Below are positions 13,455 to 25,140 of a DNA stretch of 64,000 nt, in pieces (position 1 is the stretch's first letter; every line of letters begins with the position of its first letter). The notes beneath the pieces were generated by a model, which did no database searches, had not been told where the DNA came from, and worked only from the letters and a program-made list of their open reading frames with translations. The position numbers were made by a program, and so were the translations under genes. The stretch is from contig NW_027591044.1 in assembly GCF_964213995.1 (NCBI RefSeq), positions 1 to 64,000 on the forward strand, read 5' to 3'. Source of the DNA: Mustelus asterias (Eukaryota).

Positions 13455-13875
13455 TAGGCTTGTGTTGTATTCATTGGAGCAGAGAAGACTGAGGGGGCGA
13501 CCTGATTGAGGTGGACAAGGTTATGAGAGACATGAAGAGTGTGGATCGGGAGCAGCTGTTCCCCTTAGTTGAAGGGTCAGTCACGAGGGGACATAGGTTC
13601 AAGGTGAGGGGCAGGAGGTTTAGGGGGGATGTGAGGAAAATCTGTTTTACCCACAGGGTGGTGACAGTCTGGAATGCGCTGCCTGGGAGGTTGGCAGAGG
13701 CAAGTTGCCTCACATCCTTTAAAAAGTAGCTGGATAAGCACTTGGCTCATCATCACATTCAGGGCTATGGGCCAAGTGCTGGTAAATGGGGTGAGGTCGG
13801 TATGTTAGGTGGTCCTCACGTGTCGGTGCAGACTCGATGGGCCGAAGGGTCTCTTCTGCACTGTATGAATCTGTG
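13455..13875 (+). mobile_element. CR1 LINE 3' fragment
   Basis: ORF 13511..13729 contains TRGHRFKVRG...FTHRVVTVWNALP. Confidence 0.85.
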
Positions 13876-13934
13876 ATGAGGAAATGTTTTTAACGTAGTG
13901 ACTGCTGGTATCTGGAATGTTCTGCCTTGATTCG

Positions 13935-14153
13935 CTGTAAGGATTCACATTCCAACCATTATTCATGTAAATTGAGTCTGTGTCTTTATCTGCCCTGTTT
14001 GTGAACAGAATTCCCACTCACCTGAAGAAGGGGCTTGGAGCTCCGAAAGCTTGTGTGGCTTTTGCTACCAAATAAAGCTGTTGGACTTTAACCTGGTGTT
14101 GTTAAACTTCTTACTGTGTTTACCCCAGTCCAACGCCGGCATCTCCACATCAT
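13935..14153 (+). mobile_element. Penelope-like element terminal repeat fragment
   Basis: CACCTGAAGAAGG...CCGAAAGCTTGTG followed by AATAAA...GTTGGACTTTAACCTGGTGTTG, the hammerhead-plus-polyA layout of Penelope terminal repeats. Confidence 0.7.
14019..14055 (+). ncRNA. Minimal type I hammerhead ribozyme
   Basis: Stem I CAC(14019-21)/GTG(14053-55); core CUGAAGA 14022-28; stem II GGGGCU/AGCUCC (14030-35/14039-44); GAAA 14045-48; palindromic stem III AAGCUU; NUH triplet CUU. Confidence 0.75.
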
Positions 14154-14499
14154 GTTCTGCCTGAGTCAGAGGTGGGAGAAGATTCCATCAAGAGGAAATT
14201 GAATGGGAAGCTGAAGGGAAAATATTGACAGGGTTACGGGGAGAGGGTGGAGGATTGGGAATAGTGAAACTGCTCTTGCAGTGTGTCGATCCAGGCTTGA
14301 CGGGCTGAATGGCCTCCTGTGCTGTCACCATTCTATGATTCACACACAAGTTAACTTCTCAGTGTCTATTAGGCCCCACTCATTCCTCCATGATCAGTTC
14401 CAGCATTTCAAGTTCAGATCCCAGTACTTTTTAGTTGGGGGATTGAGGAGTAAAACAGAAATAGGAATGAGAGTGTCGGTGCGCTTATGTTTTTGTATT

Positions 14500-14502
14500 T
14501 CT

Positions 14503-14536
<34 letters not shown>

Positions 14537-15060
14537 CAGTTTCTAAGTGTGTGCAAGTGTCTATTTCATTGTGTGTTTCTGTGTGTGTGATTGTGTTTCT
14601 CTGCGTGTGTCTGTGAGTGAGTGTGTGTCTGTCTGTGTGTCTCTGTGTCTTTGTGCATGTGTGTCTGTGAGTGTGTGTTTGTGTCTCTCTGCGTGTGTGT
14701 GTCTGTGAGTGTGTGTTTGTGTCTCTCTGCGTGTGTGTCTGTGTGTCTCTCTCTTTGTCTGTGTGTGTGTGTCTATGAGTGTGTGTATGTGTCTGTATCT
14801 CTGAGTGCGTGTGCGTCTGTGTATGTGTGTCTGTATCTCTGTGAGTGCGTGTGCGTCTGTGTGTCTGTGTGTGTGTGTTTGTCATGATCTGTTTGAGTGG
14901 GGGAGCAGGCTCGATGGGTCAAATGGCCTCCAACTGCACATATTTGAGATTCAAATACATTGACACACATGCATGCTGACACTCACACACACACACAGAC
15001 ACACACACACACACAGACACAGACACACACACACACACAGACACAGACACACACACAGAG
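14500..15060. repeat. (TG)n-rich tract, ~80-bp spacer, then (CA)n-rich tract
   Basis: Dinucleotide repeats visible directly, 14500-14882 and 14960-15060. Confidence 0.9.
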
Positions 15061-17559
15061 AAAGATATACACAGTATTGACATATTTATTGACCATTTAA
15101 TGTGACTGAATGCTACACATCCTGGTTTGCCGATGACACAAAACATTAGTCAGCATTGTAAGCAGCGTAGCTGGAAACATCACATTGCAAAGAGTTATTC
15201 ATATTTTGTACATGGACAAAACTGGTGGAGAGGTTTCAGTGCTGCAGGGAAATGTAAACTGACACAACTTAGATTTAAAAGGGATAGAACAACGTACTTT
15301 AATAAATGATGAAATGACAGAAACAGTGGAAGCTCCAAATGTCCAGATATTTCACAGCTGAATTCGCACAAAACACACAGCAATGGATCTGATATTGCGG
15401 AATTGTTGTAAATGTGGTTAATCTCAGTACGGAGGCTGTCTTCATGTTACAATGTTAATCTGATCACTCTCATCAAAACAGGGTCAACATTTCTGTACAA
15501 TGTGAGTGAATCATCAGCTCAAATAGTTCAGGTTCAATGTTTAAAATAACCAGTCACTTTTCTGTGGCTGCTTTGGGAATGTCAGTGGAATGTAGTTCAC
15601 AGTAAAGTGCGAACAATTGTATTGGGGAATAATTGGAAGCAGTTTCCATTGAGAGCTTCCTGCATTCTGGAAATGTGTGTGATCCATTCAGAGATAGGAA
15701 ATGGACGGATGAATAAAGATGCAGTTTGTTGTGAATTACATGAGATTGTCTGCCTTGAAGATTCACAAGTTCCATGTGCTGAGAGAAAGGAATGATTAAA
15801 CAATGTCTATAATTCAAATCCTTCAGACAAGTGAAAAAGCAGGAGAACAACTGAATCCACAAACGCTGCCACAGACAGTATTCGAAGCTTCAACTTCATG
15901 TTTGAATGTGAAGGGCTGATTGAAATAAACAGGAGGCCACACTGGGATGCTGAGCAATTTGATTCCTGTTTTTCCTAAACTTCAAAATAAAAATCTGTGA
16001 TGAAACATTCCTTGGACAGAGCAGAGGGAATTTTACTCTGTATTTAGCCCATTACAGTATTTGTGTTGGGAACATTTGATGAACAGTGCAGATTAAACAT
16101 TATTCTTAACCGCTGGAATTTAAGTTGGGGGCTGATTTAATCAAACATTGAAAATAATGAGGGAAAGGGAGAGGCTGATAAGGAACAAGTTTTTCTGCTG
16201 GCTGGGAACTCCAGGATTTGGGAATATTTGAATGTTAGCCTCAGTTTAGAATTGTCGAAATGGAAACATTGCCAGATGTGGTGTGGAGTTAGTTTGAAAC
16301 AATCTTCTGCAAATGGCTATTGATGCTCAGTCACTTGTTATTATTTTAAATCTGGGGTTGATAGATTTTCCTTAGTCCAAGGGGTTAAGAGACAGAGAGT
16401 TAGATCACAGATCAGCCAGGATCTTATTGAATATTGGAACAGGCTTTCAGGAAGATTGTTCCAGATTCCAAACACCCTCTTGATGAAGTGCTTTTCCTCA
16501 CTTCACTTCTGATCCATTTCCCCATCATTTAGAATCTGTGCCCTCTAGTTCATGACCATCTCTTGAGAGGGAAGAGTTTCTCACTCTTTAACCTGTTGAT
16601 ACCCCTTAGGATCTTGAATCTCTCTCTCTCAAGTCTCCCCTCAGCCTTCTTTTCTCCAAGGAAAACAGTCCCAACCTCTCCAATCTACCCTCGTGGCTAC
16701 GGATCTTATTCCCTGGAATCATTCTTGTGAATCTCCTCTGCACTCTCTCCAATGTCTTCACATCCCTCCTCAAGTACGGTGCCCAGAACTGGGCGCAATC
16801 TCCAGATGAGGCCTAACAAGTGTCTTATACAAATTCAATATGAACTCCTTACTCTTGTCCTCAATCCCTCCATTAATAAAAGCTGGGATACCATATACTT
16901 CATTTACTGCTCTCTCAAAGTGCCCTGCCACCTTCACTGACGTATGTACATATTAGAATCATGGAATCCCTACAGTGCAGAAGGAGGCCATACAGCCCAT
17001 CGAGCCTGCGCTGACAACATTCCCACCCAGGCCCTATCCCCGTGATGCAACGTATTTACCCTGATAATACTGGCATGAATTGAGAAATGGTTAACGGACA
17101 GAAAACAGAGCTTAGGCACAAATGGGTCATTTTCAGGGTGGCAGGCTGTGACCAGCGGCTTATCACAAGGATCAGTACTCGGGAGCCCAGCTATTCACAA
17201 TCCATATCATTGATTTGGACGTTTGGGATCAAATGTAATATTTCCGAGTTTGCAGATGACATGAAAGCAGGTGGAAGTGTGAGTTGTGAGGAGGATGTAG
17301 ACTCTTCAAGGGGATGTGGGAGAGGCTGAATTAGTGGTGAAACCACACACGGAGTGTTGTGTACAGTTTTATCCTCTTACCTAAGGAAAGATATTCTTGT
17401 CCGAGAGGGACTTCAATGACATTTCACTGCATTAATTCCTGGGATGGAGGGATTGTCCTCTGAGGAAAGAAAATGGACTTTTACTTTATGCACTTGAGAG
17501 GCATGAGAGGTGACCTCATTCAAACTTGGACAATTCTTACAGGGCTCAGCAGGGTCGAG

Positions 17560-18300
17560 TCATAGAGGTTTACAGCATGGAAACGAGCTTTGGCCCAACT
17601 TGTCCATGCCGCCCAGTTTTTACCATTAAGCTAATCACAATTGCCTGTGTTTCGCCCATATCCCTCTATACCAAGCTTACCCATGTAACTGTCTAAATGC
17701 TTTTTAAAACATAAAATTGTACCCGCCCCTACTACTGCCCCTGGCAGCTCATTCCAGACACTCACCACCCTCTGTGTGAAAAGAATTGCCCTCTGGACCC
17801 TTTTGTATCTCTCCCCTCTCACCTTAAACCTATGCCCTCTAGTTTTAGACTCCCCTACCTTTGGGAGAAGATATTGACTATCTAGCTGATCTGTGCCCCT
17901 CATTATTTTATAGACCTCTATAAAATCACCCCTCAGTCTTTTACACTACAGGGAAAAAAGTCCCAGTCTGTGCAACCTCTCCTTAAAACCCAAACCATCA
18001 AGTCCCGGTAGCATCCTAGTAAATCTTTTTTGCACTCTTTCTAGTTTAATAATATCCAATCCAAAATAGGGTGACCAGAACTGTACACAGTATTCCAAGC
18101 GTGGCCTTAACAATGTCTTGTACAACTTCAACAAGACGTCCCAACTCCTGTATTCAATGTTCTGACCAATGAAACCAAGCATGCTGAATGCCTTCTTCAC
18201 CACTCTGTCCACCTGTGACTCCACTGTCAAGAAGCTATGAACCTGTACCCCGAGATCTCTTTGTTCTATAACTCTCCCCAACCCCCAAACGTTAACTGAG
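17560..18300 (-). mobile_element. CR1 LINE 3' fragment
   Basis: ORFs 17946..18281 (RDLGVQV...LEYCVQFWSP...LERVQKRFTRMLPGL) and 17631..17903. Confidence 0.9.
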
Positions 18301-18418
18301 TAGGTACAGGAAGGATGTTTCCCCCGGCTGGGGGCGGTGGAGGGGGGAGGGGGGGGGGGTGTCTAGAACCATGGCATAGTCGCAGAGTAAGGGGGCAGGA
18401 CATTTAGGACTAAGATAA

Positions 18419-19350
18419 GAACATAAGAAATAGGAGCAGGAGTAGGCCATCTAGCCCCTCGACCCTGCCCCGCCATTCAATCAGATCATGGCTGATCTGA
18501 AGTGGATCAGTTCCACTTACCCACCTGATCCCCATAACCCCTAATTCCCTTACCGCTCAGGAATCCATCTCTCCGTGATTTAAACATATTCAACGAGGTA
18601 GCCTCCACCACTTCAGTGGGCAGAGAATTCCAGAGATTCACCACCCTCTGAGAGAAGAAGTTCCTCCTCAACTCTGTCCTAAACTGACCCCCCTTTATTT
18701 TGAGGCTGTGCCCTCTTGTTCTAGTTTCCTTTCTAAGTGGAAAGAATCTCTCCATCTCTCCCCTAACCAGCCCCTTCATTATCTTATAGGTCTCTATTAG
18801 ATCCCCCCTCAGCCTTCTAAATTCCAACGAGTACAAACCCAATCTGCTCAGTCTCTCCTCATAATCAACACCCCTCATCTCTGCTATCAACCTGGTGAAC
18901 CTTCTCTGCACTCCCTCCAAGGCCAATATATCCTTCCGCAAATAAGGGGACCAATACTGCACACAGTATTCCAGCTGCGGCCTCACCAATGCCCTGTACA
19001 GATGCAGCAAGACATCTCTGCTTTTATATTCTATCCCCCTTGCGATATAGGCCAACATCCCATTTGCCTTCTTGATCACCTGTTGCACCTGCAGACTGGG
19101 TTTTTGCGTCTCATGCGCAAGGACCCCCAGGTCCCTTTGCACAGCAGCATGTTGTAATTTTTTTCCATTTAGATAATAATCCAATTTGCTATTATTTCCT
19201 CCAAAGTGAATAACCTCGCATTTGTCAACGTTATACTCCATCTGCCAGATCCTCGCCCACTCACTCAGCCTGTCCAAATCTCTCTGCAAACCTTCTACGC
19301 CCTCCACACCATTCACTTTTCCACTTATCTTCGTGTCATCAGCAAACTTC
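18419..19350 (-). mobile_element. Young CR1 LINE, 5'-truncated, with 281 uninterrupted codons of ORF2
   Basis: KFADDTK, LEYCVQYWSP and FFSQRVVNLWNSLP in one frame, then a 3' UTR with a short-repeat tail. Confidence 0.92.
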
Positions 19351-22276
19351 AAATTGTATCTGCTTCCACTACCTCCCCCGGCAGCGAGTTCCAGTCACCC
19401 ACCACCCTCTGTGTAAAAAAACTTGCCTTGTACATCTCCTTTAAACCTTGCCCCTCGCACCTTAAACCTGTGCCCTCTAGTAATTGACTCTTCCACCCCG
19501 GGAAAAAGCTCCTGACTATCCACTCTGTCCATGCCTTTAGAAATGTCCATCCCCCAAGTTGCTGTGAGGACATTCAGAGTCAGTGTGTGACTTGGGTCAA
19601 AGATAGACCAGCGAGGTCTCTCCCTTAATGACATTGAGTGACTCTTTAGCTTTTTATGATGAGCAGAAACCTTTCATCTCTCTTGTGTCTAATTCATTCC
19701 AATTCTGTCCCTGACATTAATCAGTTGTGACTTTCTGTAGGAGCTGGAATGTTCTCTCTGGCGACAGCGAATCCAGTGAGAGGAGGATCAGGTGTGACCT
19801 TTCTCTCCTGGAATCCATCTTTCCTGTTTGTGTCTTGTAGATTGTGTGTGGAGAGAGCAGAGGGAAAAGGCTGAGTGGATTTGTAATGAACAGGGGTTTG
19901 CTTTCATTCACAAACTGGAGCTGAAGCCAACGTGTGCAGATGTGAAGAATGGAGATCAGAAAAGGACCATGGGTAGATTTGGAGACTATTCTGCCCATCC
20001 AGATGTGCTGTCTTTTTGGAAGAGAAATCTAGTTAATCTCTATTTACAGAGGGAGAATGGATTCCTCCTCCATTCTATATCTGTTTAGTTTTAGGCTGTC
20101 TGTGTGAGTGTTAGTGTGTGCATATTTTTCTCAATCTGCCTGTCTCTCAGTCCCCCTGGTCCCAGAATCTGTTTCTCTCTCCACAGATGCTGCCTGACCT
20201 GTTTGGTATGTCCTTATTTTCTGTTTCAGTATCTGAGGAGTTGCGTATGGTGCTGAACATTGTGCAATCATCAGTGAACATCCCCACTTCAAACCTTGTG
20301 ATGGAGGGAAGGTCAGTGATGGAGCAGCTGAAGATGGTTGGGGCCTCGGACACTCACCCTGAGGAACTCCTGCAGGGACGTCCCGGGACTGAGAGGATCG
20401 GCTTTGAGATAATCGGCACATTGGGGGAAAGGTTGAAAACCAGAGGATGCTGAATTCAGGTAAATGGCGACAGCGGCAACATGAGGAAATGTTTCTAACG
20501 TAGTGAGTGTCCAGTATCTGGAATATACTGTCTGAGGGTGAGGTGGAAGCAGATTCCATCAAGGACTTCCAGGAGAAGTTGAATGGGAAGCTGAAGGGGA
20601 AATATTTACAGGGTCACGGGGAAAGGGTGGAGGAGTGGGAATAGTGACATTGCTCTTGCAGAGTGTCGCACTGGCTTGATGGGGCTGAATGGCCTCCTGT
20701 GCTGTCACCGTTCTATGATTCAGATGCAAGTTATCTTCTCAGTGTCTATTAGACCCCACTCTTTCCTCCATGATCAGTTCCAGCATTTTAAGTTCAGATC
20801 CCAGAACGTTTTATTTGGGGATTTGAGGAGTGATTTGTTTTCCAGCCTGGCCGAGAATTTGATGCTGTAACTGAAGCCTCAATTGAATGATTCTGAGGTC
20901 AGATTATGATCCACTGAGACACAGCTGGCTCCGAGCTTCCCTGAAAAATGTCGCTGTTGTGTTCCCGGCCAGATGATTTCTCTGTCTTGTGTCGGCCGGC
21001 TGTGCCACAAGGATCTGGACTTTGTTCCCAGATGTTCACAATGTTTACCAATGATTTGGATGTGGGGACCTAATGTAATATTTCCAAGTTTGCGGATGGC
21101 ACAAAGCTCGGTGGGAATGTGAGTTGTGAGGAAAATGCAAAGTGGCTTCAAGAGGATTTGGACAGACATTGTCTCTCAGTGCCTCTCTCAATCTGGCTCT
21201 CTCTTTCTCTCACTCTCCTTGACCCTGTCATCTGTTGGTCTCTGCATCTCTCGCTCTCTCTCTCTGGGAATCTGTAAAAATATATCCACTAACATGCACA
21301 CAGACAGAAACATACATACACACACACACACACATATGTGACTGTGAGAATTGTCACAGATCAATCCCAATATCAGTGAGTAATCTCCAATGCAATAGTT
21401 TGTGACCAGGTTGTGCAACATGCATTGAAATGTGGCAATATGGAAGTTGGTTCACTCAGTTGGCTGGACAGCTGGTTTGAGATGCACAAAGTCTCCAACA
21501 CGTCATGAAAGCCCAACCCTTTCAACCTTTCCCCTGGCCTGAGGTGTGGTAAATCACCGCCAGTGAGTTCTCCCCCTCAAAGGGGAGAGCAGCAGATCGT
21601 CATCTGGGACTGTGGTCACTTTCCCTTTACCGATGTTCAACTTTATTTCCCTTCCTTAATTTCTGCTCAACTCCAAGAGACTCGAGCGAAATTCACCCAA
21701 TCTTTCAACACCAATATTACACACACAATACTGGAGCAATTGGATATTTCACACAACACCCAATAGCTGGTAACAAGACCAAACAAAAACTGTTCCAAAC
21801 AAGAGTGGTGGCACCAGCTGACCCACACAAATATATAACTTTAAAGGAATATTCGTCTATCCATCCAGCTGACTCTCTTTCTCTGTCTACCTAACAGAGA
21901 GATTTTCAGTGCAGTAACAACTGAAACAGGGTAGAATGTAGGAATAAGAAAGACAGGAACTTGTGTGAAATAAAACTGAGACACAGGTGAGTTGAGTAAT
22001 GAATGAAACAAGGCCGAACACAGCAGTATCTCCGATGATGCTGAATGTAAGAGAAACAGATCAAATGTATTCCTGGGGAAGTGCAGCAACAGCTTAGAAA
22101 TTGTCGGGTGTGGTGTAGATAGAGGCATGGCTGCGTGCGTTAATAACTGTGACTTCACTGAGTGCATTGGAAACAGTGACATAGTTGAGTGAAGCAATAA
22201 CTAAGTAAAGACCAATTGTAGTATATACAGAGGGATAGCCCTATGCATTAAGAAGAGAAACTGTATCTAGTTTATA

Positions 22277-22563
22277 GGGGTGGCACAGTGGTTAGCACTG
22301 CAGCCTCTCAGCGCCAGGGACCCGGGTTCGATTCCCGACTTGCGTCACTGTCTGTGTGGAGTCTGCATGTTCTCCCCGTGTCTGGGTTTCCTCCGAGTGC
22401 TCCGGTTTCCTCCCACAGTCTGAAAGACATGCTGTTCGGTGGATTGGCCATGCTAAATTCTCCCTCAGTGAAGCCGAACAGCGCCGGAGTGTGGCAACTA
22501 GGGGATTTTCACAGCAACTTCATTGCAGTGTTAATGTAAGCCTACTTGTGACACTAATAAATA
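22277..22563 (+). mobile_element. Near full-length SINE, alternative-tail subfamily
   Basis: tRNA-like head with A/B boxes (TGGCACAGTGG; GGTTCGATTCCC), core, and ACTTGTGACACTAATAAATAA tail. Confidence 0.85.
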
Positions 22564-23342
22564 ACATTGAAACTGTATAAAGTGTTATATACACAGATAC
22601 AGTGCTGAGGTAAAGAGAAATGGAGACATGCTCCACACTCATTACCCAGACATGGTCTAGTTTATTTTTTATAAAGAGTGACATGGTTAAATGCAGTGAT
22701 AATTTAAGCAGGTCCCCTCCCTAACAGCACTGTGGGTGTACCTACACCACATAGACAGCAGTGGGTTCAAGACGGTAGCTCACCACCACCTTCTCCAGGG
22801 CAACTAGGAATGGGCAATAAATGCTGATCCAGCCAGTGACACCCACATCACAAGAATCAATAAATATTCATCTAACCCAGCACATTGTCCAATGAAATAT
22901 CAATCCATACATGGTATTAATACAGTGAGAACTCAAAAAGGGTTGATTGTAGTGTCCACAGCAGCATGGTGTAATGTAGTATTCACTGAGACAACTGAGC
23001 GTTTAAACAGCGACTGGGTTGAGTGCAGTGATAACTGGGAGAGGAGCGAATGTCCGGGATTCTCCGGCTGTTCACTCGTGGGGAATTCTCTGCTCTCGTT
23101 CCCCTGCCTCTGGTTTCCTGCTAGCGTGAGGTGACTTCAATGGGAAATCCCATTGACAGCGACAGGACCAAAAACTCCCTCTGCTAGTGAACGGTGTGTC
23201 ACCTCTCACTGCCCAGAAAGCTGCTGAGGGGAGACTGGAGGATCCCAGAAACTATGTTAAAAATAGCCATATTGGCAACAGCAGGAAAATATTACATCTC
23301 AAACTCAGTAATATTCACAATGATATTCTCCAATCAAATGAA

Positions 23343-24246
23343 GGGCAGAGATTACTGATACAAGGCCCAGATTGTAATAACTGAGAGAGGTTTCGGGCAG
23401 AGATTACTGATACAAGGCCCAGATTATAATAACTGAGAGAGGTTTCGGGCAGAGATTACAGATACAAGGCCCAGATTGTAATAACTGAGGGAGATTTAGG
23501 GCAGAGGTTACTGATACAAGTCCCAGACTGTAATAACTGAGAGAGTTGTAGGGCAGAGATTACTGATACAAGGCCCAGATTGTAATAACTGAAAAAGGTT
23601 TATGGCAGAGATTACTGATACAAAGGCCAGATTGTAATAATTGAGAAAGGTTTATGGCAGAGATTACTGATACAAAGCCCAGATTGAAATAACTGATGGA
23701 GATTTAGGGCAGAGGTTACTGATACAAAACCCAGATTGTAATAATTGAGAGAGGTTTAGGGCAGAGATTACTGATACAAGGCACAGATTGTAATAACTGA
23801 GAGAGGTTTAGGGCAGAGATTACTGATACAAGGCCCAGATTGTAATAACTGAGAGAGGTTTCAGGCAGAGATTACTGATACAAAGGCCAGATTGTAATAA
23901 TTGAGAGAGGTTTAGGGCAGAGATTACTGATACAAGGCCCAGATTGAAATAACTGAGGGAGATTTAGGGCAGAGGTTACTGATACAAGGCCCTGATTGTA
24001 ATAACTGAGAGAGGTTTCGGGCAGAGATTACTGATACAAGGTCCAGATTGTAATAACTCAGAGAGGTTTCAGGCAGAGATTACTGATACAAAGGCCAGAT
24101 TGTAATAATTGAGAAAGGTTTATGGCAGAGATTACTGATACAAAGCCCAGATTGAAATAACTGAGGGAGATTTAGGGCAGAGGTTACTGATACAAGGCCC
24201 AGATTGTAATAACTGAGAGAGGTTTCGGGCAGAGTTTACTGATACA
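23343..24246. repeat. 52-bp minisatellite, ~17 copies
   Basis: Unit GGGCAGAGATTACTGATACAAGGCCCAGATTGTAATAACTGAGAGAGGTTT(C/A). Copies start at 23343, 23395, and so on. Confidence 0.95.
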
Positions 24247-24339
24247 TGATCCGGCAGGATTTACTGTTTGATAATCCAGCTGTTTGGCCCCGTTATGAGC
24301 ACACCTTCCATGGCCATCAAGTCCGGAAGTCGGCCTTGA

Positions 24340-24600
24340 ACCCTTGAAGAATGAGAGGCGATCCCATTGAAACAGACTTAAAATTCTTACAGGGAGTGAC
24401 AGGGTGGATGTAGATTGGATGTTTCCCCTGGCTGGTGAGACTAGAACCAGGGGACACAATCTCAGAATCAGGGGCAGACCATTGAAGACTGAGATGAGGA
24501 GGAATTTCTTCACTCAGAGGGTGGTGAATCTTTGGGATTTTCTATTCCAGGGGGATGTGGAAGCCCAATCATTCAGCATGTTCAAGAGGCAAATCGATTG
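24340..24600 (+). mobile_element. CR1 LINE 3' fragment
   Basis: TRGHNLRIRG...RRNFFTQRVVNLW. Confidence 0.85.
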
Positions 24601-24826
24601 TGTGNNNNNNNNNNNNNNNNNNNNNNNNNNNNNNNNNNNNNNNNNNNNNNNNNNNNNNNNNNNNNNNNNNNNNNNNNNNNNNNNNNNNNNNNNNNNNNNN
24701 NNNNNNNNNNNNNNNNNNNNNNNNNNNNNNNNNNNNNNNNNNNNNNNNNNNNNNNNNNNNCGTGTGTGTTTATTACTGTGTGCGTCTGAGTGTTACTGGG
24801 TGAGAATATCTGTTTCTGTATGTTTT

Positions 24827-25140
24827 CATAGAATCCTAGACTCCTACAGTGCAGAAGGAGGCCATTTGGCCCATTGAGTCTGTACCGACCACAATCCCAC
24901 TCAGGCCCTATCCCCATTACCCCATGCATTTACCCAAGCTAGTCTCCCTGACGCGAAGGGACAATTTAGCACGGCCAATGCACCCGAACCAGAACGTCTT
25001 TCAGTCTGTGGGAGGAAACCGGAGCACCCGGAGGAAACCCACGCAGACACGGGGAGAACATGCAAACTCCGCACACACAGTGACCCAAGTCGGGAATCGA
25101 ACCCGAGTCCCTGGCACTGTGAGGCAGCAGTGCTAACTGT
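24827..25140 (-). mobile_element. HE1-type SINE
   Basis: Reverse-complement SINE head, core and CATAGAATCC tail. Confidence 0.85.

Noticed and set aside
12871-21986. Plus-strand exon-like pieces (12871-12930, ~19741-19970, ~21897-21986) with good splice sites
   Set aside because: Two have stops in all frames and the third has no recognisable homology. I cannot support a gene model, although a lncRNA is not excluded.
22277-22350. tRNA-like A/B boxes in SINE heads
   Set aside because: They are Pol III promoters of SINEs running into SINE core and tail, not complete tRNA genes.
23343-24246. Regular repeat array considered as CRISPR-like
   Set aside because: Head-to-tail units with no unique spacers, in a vertebrate context.
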